A stretch of 63,991 nucleotides of DNA, counting the filler, from an uncultured bacterium (GTDB taxonomy: Bacteria > CAZSTA01), in the NCBI GenBank assembly GCA_964609495.1. It is 4 parts of 4 records of this genome, joined end to end, with 100 filler letters (N's around TTAATTAATTAA, not from the genome) between each part and the next. Parts side by side here need not be neighbours in the genome. Positions count along the whole stretch, not along the records: positions 18,372 to 36,538 come from CAZSTA010000059.1; 3 more parts are not named here. One strand, written 5' to 3'. The notes under the pieces are model-generated. The model saw nothing but the letters and a program-made list of their open reading frames with translations, ran no database searches and had not been told where the DNA came from. Positions within the stretch are counted from its first letter, which is position 1. Each line of letters begins with the position of its first letter. A program made the translations under genes and the position numbers. Shown in pieces: positions 20,387 through 29,263 of the stretch.

Positions 20387-21661
20387 CTACATCAATTTCA
20401 ATATCTTTCTTCCCGATTCACATGTCCTCTTAGCTATCTCCGAAGTCCTCAGCCTCTCGAATCCGATGACTCGACTCTCAAAAGCATCCCCTATCGGGTC
20501 CTTCCATTTATTAGGAATCGCCTCTGCCCCTATAATAGTCCCCATAATAGCTCCAGTTTGACCAGCAGTGCAATCCGTATCAAGTCCGCACATATTAGTA
20601 ATACACAAGGATTTCTCGAAATCGCCCTGCCCATATAGCAGACCGATCACCACCGCGGCAATGGCGGGAAAAGTATGGACTGGGCTATACTCCTTCGCAT
20701 AAGTCTTCTCCACTTCCGCCCAGGCATCCTCCCAATTAGAGTGCTTATCACACCAATCCATAGTGGTTTTTACCACTTCAGCGAAGCGGCAATCCTCTGG
20801 CACATAGGATAGACCTATCTCCAATAATCGGCGAGGATCTTTCTCCACAAAAGCGGCGCTGATGATAACCGCATCGTATATCTCTCCATATACTCCGTTC
20901 TTCTCGTGGGCGATCACTCCATCCATATAGGAGTATTCCATCGCTAGCTCAGAACAGCCAGGAGTTAGCAGTCCCCAAACCTCACCTTTCATCTGAGCTC
21001 CGATCCACTCGCTGAAGGGATTATCTATTATTCCAGAGGCTGGGGGCATAATCCCTTTGCATAGATTCTCAAAAGCCACCTCCTCCGCGGTGTAGTATTC
21101 AGCAAGATGCTCTACCCACTCCCAAGCTAATATCTCAGAGGTTAAGTTTATTCCATACTCCTCTAGTGCATGAATAGCGATGATCTCGTAAGCAGTATCA
21201 TCATTCAAGGTGCTAGGTTCCTCGACGTAATCCCAGATCTCACCATAAGTAGCAAGGATCCTTTCCCTAGGCCATCCTTCAACTGGGCCGCCTAAAGCAC
21301 CGCCGATGATCTTGCCCAACCATCCCCCATAAGCTTTATCATAGTAGTCTTCAAGATCGTACTCTTTGCTTAACTTCAGTCCATCGCCAGGCAGACAGCT
21401 TTTAATATCATCTAAGGTGGAAGGCTCTACATACGGGAAATCGGGATCCTCCTCAGCATCATCTAGGGTAGCTAAAGTCCTGCTAATCCATTTCAACCCC
21501 TCATCATATTCCCACTTATCTATAAGTTCTTTAGCCCTCTCGTATAGAGGAACTGCCTCCTCGACTAGGTAGCCCATCTGTCTCTTCGAATCGATCCATA
21601 ATTTAGTCAACCCTAACTTCCTTTTTGCCATCTGATTTCTTTCTTCCCTATCAAGCCTCAT
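20387..21661 (-). CDS. ADP-ribosylglycohydrolase family protein
   Basis: GGWLGKIIGGALGGPVEGW, NDDTAY, CGLDTDCTAG. Confidence 0.85.
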   Translation of the reverse strand: MRLDREERNQMAKRKLGLTKLWIDSKRQMGYLVEEAVPLYERAKELIDKWEYDEGLKWISRTLATLDDAEEDPDFPYVEPSTLDDIKSCLPGDGLKLSKEYDLEDYYDKAYGGWLGKIIGGALGGPVEGWPRERILATYGEIWDYVEEPSTLNDDTAYEIIAIHALEEYGINLTSEILAWEWVEHLAEYYTAEEVAFENLCKGIMPPASGIIDNPFSEWIGAQMKGEVWGLLTPGCSELAMEYSYMDGVIAHEKNGVYGEIYDAVIISAAFVEKDPRRLLEIGLSYVPEDCRFAEVVKTTMDWCDKHSNWEDAWAEVEKTYAKEYSPVHTFPAIAAVVIGLLYGQGDFEKSLCITNMCGLDTDCTAGQTGAIMGTIIGAEAIPNKWKDPIGDAFESRVIGFERLRTSEIAKRTCESGRKILKLM

Positions 21662-21662
21662 A

Positions 21663-23066
21663 TCATTCGCCCGAAGTATCTTTCAACTTCTCGGCTTCTC
21701 TCCTTTCCTTATAATCTATAAGATTAAACCTTTCCCTATTAGCAGCAGATATAGCTAAACCACTTGCCACCCCGGTGAATACCGATTGCATCTTCACCTT
21801 TTCCTCTCCGAACTTTCTCCTGAGCATATCGATAAAACAAGGGATGGAGGAAGAACCTCCAGTTCTAACCACCGTATCTATCTGAGAAGGCTTCAACTGA
21901 GCTTCCGCTAAAGCTCGATCAAGGCAATCCTCTACCTCCTCTCTCTCCTCTTTTATTATCCCCTCAAACTCCTCCCTAGTTATCCACTCTCTGAACTTTA
22001 TCTCATCCTTATTCATCTTTATGATCGTCTCTTCTATCTCCGAGAGTTGACACTTAGCTCGCTCAATGCTCTCGAAGATGTCGAAACCGTAATTCTTGGT
22101 GATAAGACAGCGAAGAGCTCTCATCGCTTGAGGATTATCTCCAGTTCTCTCCGCTCTGGTTATAGTCTCTAATACAGTGGGAGTGTTAAGCGAGATTATA
22201 CTCTGCCAATCGCATATCCTGCTGAGAATATAGGAGGGAAATGGAAGCTTTCGCTTTCCTCCCATAGTTGATCCCTCCCCGAAGTATTTAAGGATCTTTC
22301 CCTTCATAATCTCCTTATCTAAGAGATCTCCCCCGATATTTACTCCCTCAGTAGCTAATATTCTCCTCTCACCCTCTCCTCCCAACTGCATTATCGTTAT
22401 ATCTAAAGTTCCACCTCCGAAATCGAAGGCTAAAACATTCTGCTTAGAGGTTAAGACGGTTTCGTAGAAGAGCGCCGCCGCTATCGGCTCTAATTCCAGA
22501 TCGATCCTCTTGAAGCCTGCTATCTCGCAAGCGGAAAGCAACTTCTCTTGAGCATTACGATCATCGTCAGGATCGGGAGAAAATTTGACCGGTCTTCCCA
22601 AAACTATATTATCTATCCTCTCTCCCAGATACTTCTCCGCTCTTTCCCTTATCTCTCTTAATATGATACTGACTAATTCAGCTAAGGAGCATATCTTTCC
22701 GAAGACATCGGTTCCACTAGAGCTATCTATACTGAGAGCGGCCTTCATAGAGCGAAAAAATCTGCCTGGTAAGTTCTCGTCAACCAGACAATACACATCC
22801 CTTACAAAGCTCATATCAGCTCCGCTGAAGTCGATCTCCCCCACATATTTACTTACCAGCTTGATCGCTCTATCGATATTATCATCAATATAGGTATCAA
22901 CTGCCTCCTGCCCTACGAAGCGTTTGTGATCCCTATTGATATAGAGGACGGAACGAAGTATATAGGGATCTTCACTGAGCGGATCTATCGGTATTAACTC
23001 AACTTCACCATCCCTGAAGAGAGCAATACTCGAATTGGTAGTTCCAAAATCCAGACCTATCTTCAT
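21663..23066 (-). CDS. Hsp70-family ATPase (YegD-like, no substrate-binding domain)
   Basis: GLDFGTTNS, GRPVKF, EPIAAA, DFGGGTLD, TGGSS.IP. Confidence 0.85.
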   Translation of the reverse strand: MKIGLDFGTTNSSIALFRDGEVELIPIDPLSEDPYILRSVLYINRDHKRFVGQEAVDTYIDDNIDRAIKLVSKYVGEIDFSGADMSFVRDVYCLVDENLPGRFFRSMKAALSIDSSSGTDVFGKICSLAELVSIILREIRERAEKYLGERIDNIVLGRPVKFSPDPDDDRNAQEKLLSACEIAGFKRIDLELEPIAAALFYETVLTSKQNVLAFDFGGGTLDITIMQLGGEGERRILATEGVNIGGDLLDKEIMKGKILKYFGEGSTMGGKRKLPFPSYILSRICDWQSIISLNTPTVLETITRAERTGDNPQAMRALRCLITKNYGFDIFESIERAKCQLSEIEETIIKMNKDEIKFREWITREEFEGIIKEEREEVEDCLDRALAEAQLKPSQIDTVVRTGGSSSIPCFIDMLRRKFGEEKVKMQSVFTGVASGLAISAANRERFNLIDYKERREAEKLKDTSGE

Positions 23067-23100
23067 TTTCGAGCTCCATTTAAGATTTAATTGATCGAAG

Positions 23101-23946
23101 CTAAGGTTTCCTCACAAATAACCACCACTGGGGATCGAAACCATCACAATCTATTATCTCCAATCCCAAATCAGAAGTTGCGATCCAATCTCTGGCTAAG
23201 GGAACGTAAGAGCCATATAGCTCCAGAGGATATCCACAATCCAGATCGATCTGATAGACATGGGTATTGAAGATCATATATCCTCCCCTCTTTAATAATC
23301 GCCAGCATACCCCAATCAGATCTATGAAGTTATCATAAGCTACCTCGCGTAATTTCCCTTGACGATAGTATTCTGTTACTCCTTGAATCATGGCGGGTAA
23401 GATATCGAACCAATCGTTATTGACTGTGTCTATCCCTTTCCTATCCGCAATTATAGTTTGGAACACATCGTTTATCGCATGCTGAAAGGTAACCACATCA
23501 AACGCCTCTGGCTCGATGTATTTCTCCAGATTGACCGCGTTATCCTCAACTACCCTCACCTCTATTCTTAAACTAGCAGTTCTTCTCCTCAATCCCTCTG
23601 TCAATATCCTATTGAGATTAGCGGAGACATAACTTCCCTCTCCATCCGAATATATCTCCAGAGCTTGAGGAATAGGATCGGAGGCTCCAGATGCTATCTC
23701 CAAGACGCTTGGATTTTTGGCTAGCTTTGTCCTCTCAAAAGCATCTATCCACTCCGCTATGAAATAAAGCTTGAACATCTCGCCACTTATATCTCTAGCG
23801 AAGTTTATGGGGACATCGGTTATCTCATCGATTATCTCCTCTATCCCCTCCTGAGAGGTAACCCTGAGTCTATTCACAGTTTCTCCTCTTAGCAATAGAT
23901 CCCACTTTCCTGACTTTATCTGTTCTGCAAGCTCCTTTTTATGCAA
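23101..23946 (-). CDS. Probable class I SAM-dependent methyltransferase
   Basis: VLEIASGAS motif I, DNAVNL, FDVV, LLKRGG. Confidence 0.55.
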   Translation of the reverse strand: MHKKELAEQIKSGKWDLLLRGETVNRLRVTSQEGIEEIIDEITDVPINFARDISGEMFKLYFIAEWIDAFERTKLAKNPSVLEIASGASDPIPQALEIYSDGEGSYVSANLNRILTEGLRRRTASLRIEVRVVEDNAVNLEKYIEPEAFDVVTFQHAINDVFQTIIADRKGIDTVNNDWFDILPAMIQGVTEYYRQGKLREVAYDNFIDLIGVCWRLLKRGGYMIFNTHVYQIDLDCGYPLELYGSYVPLARDWIATSDLGLEIIDCDGFDPQWWLFVRKP

Positions 23947-24086
23947 TCCCTATCTTCCTCTCGTGTCGTAATTTTTTGATACACTTAATTATAGCACAGC
24001 TATTTATCATAGTCAAGCTAGATCTTTAACAAGGGAAGCATGTAGGATATCGTAACTAGCAGATTTGGGTTTGAACTCCCTTAAAT

Positions 24087-24192
24087 CATCCTCCCCTAGC
24101 CCCTCCCGTCAAGGGAGGGGGAACTAAAGAGATCGAGCTTATCTCGATGTTCCCTCTCCCACAAAGGGAGAGGGATAGGGTGAGGAGGATGA
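24087..24192. repeat. Inverted pair of REP-like hairpins (REPIN-like element)
   Basis: CATCCTCCCCTAGCCCCTCCC-gtcaa-GGGAGGGGGAAC ... GTTCCCTCTCCC-acaaa-GGGAGAGGGATAGGGTGAGGAGGATG. Confidence 0.55.
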
Positions 24193-24242
24193 GCATATCT
24201 TTCCCAGCCCGAAGTTTTACATGCTTACTTTGACAATACCAC

Positions 24243-24271
24243 TTGACAAAGAAGAGATTATATAATAAAAT
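24243..24271 (+). promoter_or_regulatory. Housekeeping sigma-70 promoter
   Basis: TTGACA-17 nt-TAAAAT upstream of 24350. Confidence 0.5.
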
Positions 24272-24349
24272 TGAGTAAAATAAGATATGATTCCCCAAAT
24301 TGAATTTTGTTGCATCAGATCGTTAAATTAAAAGTTAGGAGTGTGATAA

Positions 24350-25900
24350 GTGAGGAAAATCTCGATAATTATATTAGGCATCGTTCTCATAATACTCATA
24401 ACCAGTTGTGAAAGAGGTCCTGGCTCTGGTATTTCTCTTGTAATCACTAGTTTAAAAGCTGATCCTTCTCGAATAATACCTAGAGGCACATCCACCCTCT
24501 CAGTAGAAGCTCAAGGCAGTGGCACTTTGAGATACAAATGGAGCGTTCAAGAAGGAACTTTATCATCAACTACTGAAAAGAGCGTGATCTATAAAGCAGG
24601 AGATAAGACTGGAACTTTCAAGATAACGATCGAGGTATCGGATGCCAAATCCACCGTATCGAGGAGTATAAATATCGAGGTTGTAAATAATGGCGCTCCG
24701 GTGATAAAAAGCATAACGGTCAGCACCGATCATTCTCTCTTCGCTGAGGATGCGCCAGAAGCCATCGCCGCTCTCTATAGCAACATCCATATCTCCGCCA
24801 AAGTCGAAGATCCTGAAGGTGATCCATTGACCTACAAGTGGAACGTTCAAGGAGATGGCTGGGGAGAGCTATTGCTGACAGAAGGCTCAAAAGCAACTTA
24901 TGGCACTCCCACCGCAGATGGCGAGTATGAGATAAAGCTGGAGGTAAACGATGGTTGGGGAAGAACTCCGATCTCCTATACCAAGAAGGTAAATGTGATC
25001 TGGGCTGATCCTGCCACGAATAAGTTAGTATTCCATCGCTCCAAAGAGCGATCCGATCCTTTCGGAAATCGGGAGATATATCTTATGTATCCTGATGGAA
25101 GCCACCAAATTTGCGTAACTCCTCATACCTCAAGTGAATTTTGGATGGATGATTATGTTACCTGGTCCCCCGATGGCAAACAGTTAGTATTTGCTTCTAA
25201 TAGAGATTTCCCTTCCTCTCAATGGAGGGATGATCGAAAGAGCGATATCTACAAGGTAAAAGTTGATGGAACTGGATTGACTCGCCTGACTAACGATAGC
25301 TACTATACCGATAATGATGAGCCAGCTTGGTCACCAGATGGAACGAAGATCACCTTCCAGCGAGGGAGAGGATTGGGAACTCGCTATGATATTTGGGTTA
25401 TGGATGCTGATGATGGAAGTAATCCCGCCAACTTAACCTCTAATGTAAATGGTAGCAATTGGGCAGTATCCTGGTCGTTCGATGGAACTAAGCTCGCCTT
25501 CGTCTCGGAAGTGGGGACGAAGATGGATATATGCGTGATGAATGCAGATGGCACTGGTTTCGCAAAGTTGACAAGCAGTGGAGATGCGGTTGATCCCGCT
25601 TGGACCCCTGAGGGGCGAATCTCCTATGTGCGCGTTGTTCAAGATAGAGGAATTTATATAATGAATGCCGATGGCTCTAATAAGACCAGACTGACTTGGA
25701 GCGGTAGAGATTACGATCCTGATTGGTCTCCTGATGGAGATAAGTTCGCATTCGATTATATTCCTTGTCAACAAAATGATAAGAACTGCAAGGAGATATA
25801 TATATTATCTTCAGATGGAGATGATCAAGATAGAGCTAAGAGGAGCAGAATAACCTATAATAGCATGGCTGATGATAATCCTGCTTGGTCACCTAAATAA
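24350..25900 (+). CDS. Lipoprotein with two Ig/PKD-like domains and a TolB-like PD40 propeller
   Basis: Lipobox ITSC; L.Y.W...G.L repeats, DPEGDPLTY.W; WSPDG repeats. Confidence 0.8.
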   Translation: MRKISIIILGIVLIILITSCERGPGSGISLVITSLKADPSRIIPRGTSTLSVEAQGSGTLRYKWSVQEGTLSSTTEKSVIYKAGDKTGTFKITIEVSDAKSTVSRSINIEVVNNGAPVIKSITVSTDHSLFAEDAPEAIAALYSNIHISAKVEDPEGDPLTYKWNVQGDGWGELLLTEGSKATYGTPTADGEYEIKLEVNDGWGRTPISYTKKVNVIWADPATNKLVFHRSKERSDPFGNREIYLMYPDGSHQICVTPHTSSEFWMDDYVTWSPDGKQLVFASNRDFPSSQWRDDRKSDIYKVKVDGTGLTRLTNDSYYTDNDEPAWSPDGTKITFQRGRGLGTRYDIWVMDADDGSNPANLTSNVNGSNWAVSWSFDGTKLAFVSEVGTKMDICVMNADGTGFAKLTSSGDAVDPAWTPEGRISYVRVVQDRGIYIMNADGSNKTRLTWSGRDYDPDWSPDGDKFAFDYIPCQQNDKNCKEIYILSSDGDDQDRAKRSRITYNSMADDNPAWSPK

Positions 25901-25921
25901 CTATTACGAGGTGAAGATCGA

Positions 25922-26245
25922 TTGACAAATAAGAAGCGAGGATTAATCCTTGAGAAAGATGGCAGACCGAAGCATCCTTATATCCACCGAGTTAAAGGTT
26001 ACTGTGGAGGAAGGCCGATTATAGTTGGGACTAAATTCCCGGTGAGATCTGTAGTCAACTATATCCTTAAACAAGGTATGACTCCTGAAGAGTTAGTAGC
26101 TGAATTCAATTATCTAACTCTGTCCAAAATATACGACGCTCTCTCTTACTACTATGATCATAAAGATGAGATCGATAGAGATATAGAGCAGAATACTGAG
26201 GAATATTGGAAGAAGAAGACGGAAGGCGAATCTTGGCGAAAATAA
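25922..26245 (+). CDS. DUF433 family antitoxin
   Basis: HPYI.....CGGRP.I.GTKFPV....GMTPEEL...F..LTL..IYDALSYYYDH.DEID. Confidence 0.85.
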   Translation: MTNKKRGLILEKDGRPKHPYIHRVKGYCGGRPIIVGTKFPVRSVVNYILKQGMTPEELVAEFNYLTLSKIYDALSYYYDHKDEIDRDIEQNTEEYWKKKTEGESWRK

Positions 26246-26588
26246 CTTTATACCTAGATGAAGATGTACGTAAGTTTCTAGCAGTGATTCTGCGTCAAAG
26301 AGGTTATAAAGCCCTGAGCGCTGAGGAAGTGGGGGGATGTTAAGTCGTAGTGATGCTAAACAATTAGCTTATGCTGTATCTCGTAGATATACAATCTTGA
26401 CCTATAATATAAGAGATTATGTCGATCTTGCCAGATATTATGCTGAGAATGGATTAGATCACTTCGGAATAATAGTTTCAGCTCAATTAGACTTTAAAGA
26501 ACTGTTTCGTAGGGCTCTCAGATTATTATCGACTTACACAGCTGAAGATATGAAAAATCGTTTTGAGTGGTTGAGTAACTTCAGATAG
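26233..26588 (+). pseudogene. DUF5615 PIN-like toxin, frameshifted at a G6 run
   Basis: TTG 26233 gives MAKITLYLDEDV...LRQRGY.ALS.EEVG, which stops at 26341; the continuation MLSRSD..QL.YA....ILTYN.RDY...HFGII is in another frame from 26337. Confidence 0.8.
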
Positions 26589-26592
26589 GAGA

Positions 26593-27354
26593 ATGCTTAT
26601 GAGAACAAAAATTATCTTAACCGTATCCGAATCGAAGAGACTTATCGGTAAAGGAGTCGCCAATCTCCCTTCGGTGAAAGCCAGAATGAAAGAGGGGATG
26701 ATAGCTATAGTTATGGGGACTACCAATGGCCATGTGGCTGAGGAGATCTTAGGACACAAGATCAGTCGAAAAGGGTATAGAAGAGGAGCGATCTTTCCTG
26801 CTAAAGGAGATAGCTCTAGTTGGATAAGCTATGAGAAGGTGTCCGATGTCATATTAAAGGATGGCAAAGTCCTAGAGGATATATCACTACTCGATGCTGT
26901 CGCTGGGATGAAAGCTGGTGATATCTTTATCAAAGGCGGTAATGCTCTTAACTATGACAAGAAGTTGGTGGGAATATTGATCGAGTCTCCAACAGGAGGA
27001 ACTATCGGCGGGAATATAGGGCATATCGTAGGTAAAAGGGTGGAATTGATACTACCCGTAGGATTGGAGAAATCTATCTATATGGACATCAACGAATTGG
27101 GTCGCCTTCTCGCTGAGGATATGGAATATATAGGCATTGTGCCGAGAATGTTACCGGTAACTGGCACTATCATCACCGAGATAGAGGCTTTGAAGGTGTT
27201 AACTGAAGTAAAAGCTATTCAGATCAGTTCAGGTGGAGTAGCAGGAGCAGAAGGAGCGGTTCAACTCCTAATTGAAGGGGATAAACAACAGTTGGATAGG
27301 ACTATGGCTTTGATGGATACGATCTGGGGAGAGCCACCTTTTGCCGAAGTTTAG
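26593..27354 (+). CDS. Conserved hypothetical protein
   Basis: Long ORF with SD, LTVSESKRLI.KG, GTTNG, KGGNAL, PVGLEK motifs; function not recognised. Confidence 0.6.
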   Translation: MLMRTKIILTVSESKRLIGKGVANLPSVKARMKEGMIAIVMGTTNGHVAEEILGHKISRKGYRRGAIFPAKGDSSSWISYEKVSDVILKDGKVLEDISLLDAVAGMKAGDIFIKGGNALNYDKKLVGILIESPTGGTIGGNIGHIVGKRVELILPVGLEKSIYMDINELGRLLAEDMEYIGIVPRMLPVTGTIITEIEALKVLTEVKAIQISSGGVAGAEGAVQLLIEGDKQQLDRTMALMDTIWGEPPFAEV

Positions 27355-27366
27355 AGGATAGATAAT

Positions 27367-29259
27367 ATGTGTGGGATATGTGGGGCTTATGGCCTTAAAG
27401 GACAACAGCCAATTGATAGGGATGAATTGAAGAGGATGTGCGATATTATGATCCATCGCGGTCCTGATGACGAGGGGAGATTGTTGGAGAAGAATGTTGG
27501 ATTGGGGATGCGAAGGTTGAGCATCATCGATCTGGCAGGAGGTCATCAGCCAATACATAATGAGGATAAATCGATCTGGATAGTATTCAACGGAGAGATA
27601 TATAACTATCAGCCACTTAGAGAGAGATTAGAGGAGAGAGGACATCGCTTCTATACCAATAGCGATACCGAGTCGATAATCCATGCTTATGAGGAATGGG
27701 CGGAGGATAGCGTCAAAGAGTTAAGGGGGATGTTCGCTTATGCCCTGTGGGATATGAAACAGGATAAGCTCATCCTAGTTAGAGATCGCTTGGGAATTAA
27801 ACCTCTACACTATATGATCGATAAGGATAGGCTTATCTTCGGCTCAGAGATCAAATCGATCCTTCAGGCGGAAGGGGTCGAACGAGAGGTGAATCTCAAA
27901 GCCCTTCCTGAATTTCTTACCTTCGAATATATCTCTGCTCCAGAGACGATGTTCAAGGATATAAAGAAGCTTCCCGCAGGATATATGCTCATCTGCGAAA
28001 AGGGGAAAATAAGCATTCAAAGGTATTGGAAATTATACTTCAGAGCCGATAGAAGGCGAAGCGAAGATGATTACGCAGATGAATTGTTCGAGCTTCTAAG
28101 AGAATCGGTTAAATATCGTCTGATAAGCGATGTTCCTCTAGGAGCTTTCTTAAGCGGGGGAATCGACTCCAGTTCCATAGTTGGTTTGATGAGTAGCCTC
28201 TCAGATCGACCAGTCAAGACCTTCTCCATCGGCTTCGATGATAGATCTTATGATGAGCTTAACTATGCGCGATTAGTCGCCAAGAGATTCGACACGGAAC
28301 ATCAGGAGATGATCATAAAGCCCCAAGCGATTGAGCTAGTCGATAAGCTCATAAAGTTCGTGGATGAGCCCTTCGCTGATTTCTCCCTATTTCCTACTTT
28401 TCTCGTATCTCAGATGACCCGACAATATGTAACTGTTGCTCTATCTGGAGATGGAGGAGATGAGCTATTCGCTGGTTATGACACCTATGTAGCCGATCGG
28501 ATCGCTCACTATTATAGTAAAATCCCAGCATTTATCCGAGAGGGAGTAATAGCTAAAATTCTAAAAGGTATTCGTCCCTCCTCCCAAAAGAAGGGATTAC
28601 TTAATATGGCTAAGAGATTCGCCGAAGGCGCCTCCTTACCCGAGGAGATAGGACATACCAGATGGATGAGCTTCTTCAGTGCGGAGGAGCGAGATAACCT
28701 ATATTCGGATGGTCTAAAAGCGGAACTCGATGGGAATAATCCCTATCACAAGATCAGGAATTATATACTCGAAGCCGATCTCGATGATATCATCAGTCAA
28801 GATCAGTATGTGGATATAAAGACCTATCTGGTGGATGATATATTATTTAAGGTGGATCGAATGAGCATGGCAAACTCCCTAGAAGCGCGAGTGCCAATTT
28901 TGGATCATAAGTTCGTCGAGTTCGTCGCGACCATACCATCATCCTTGAAGCTAAAGGGGTTAAAGACCAAATACATCTTTAAGAAAACCATGTCTCGCCT
29001 TCTTCCTGCTGAGGTCTTGACCAAACCAAAACAGGGCTTCAGCATCCCCATCAAGAATTGGCTCAAAAATGAGCTTAAAGATCTGATGCTAGAAGTCCTT
29101 TCGGAAAAGGTTATAAGCACCAGAGGATATTTCAACTATGATTTCGTAGCGAAGTTGATAGATGAACACCTGCGAGGACGAGAGAATCATAGCCATCGCT
29201 TGTGGGCTTTGATGATCTTCGAGTTGTGGCACAGGGAATATATAGATAGAAAGGAATGA
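27367..29259 (+). CDS. asnB: Asparagine synthase (glutamine-hydrolysing) / amidotransferase
   Basis: MCGICG N-terminal nucleophile, HRGPD, RRLSIIDL, FNGEIYN, LSGGIDSS, SGDGGDELF.GY. Confidence 0.92.
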   Translation: MCGICGAYGLKGQQPIDRDELKRMCDIMIHRGPDDEGRLLEKNVGLGMRRLSIIDLAGGHQPIHNEDKSIWIVFNGEIYNYQPLRERLEERGHRFYTNSDTESIIHAYEEWAEDSVKELRGMFAYALWDMKQDKLILVRDRLGIKPLHYMIDKDRLIFGSEIKSILQAEGVEREVNLKALPEFLTFEYISAPETMFKDIKKLPAGYMLICEKGKISIQRYWKLYFRADRRRSEDDYADELFELLRESVKYRLISDVPLGAFLSGGIDSSSIVGLMSSLSDRPVKTFSIGFDDRSYDELNYARLVAKRFDTEHQEMIIKPQAIELVDKLIKFVDEPFADFSLFPTFLVSQMTRQYVTVALSGDGGDELFAGYDTYVADRIAHYYSKIPAFIREGVIAKILKGIRPSSQKKGLLNMAKRFAEGASLPEEIGHTRWMSFFSAEERDNLYSDGLKAELDGNNPYHKIRNYILEADLDDIISQDQYVDIKTYLVDDILFKVDRMSMANSLEARVPILDHKFVEFVATIPSSLKLKGLKTKYIFKKTMSRLLPAEVLTKPKQGFSIPIKNWLKNELKDLMLEVLSEKVISTRGYFNYDFVAKLIDEHLRGRENHSHRLWALMIFELWHREYIDRKE

Positions 29260-29263
29260 GAAA

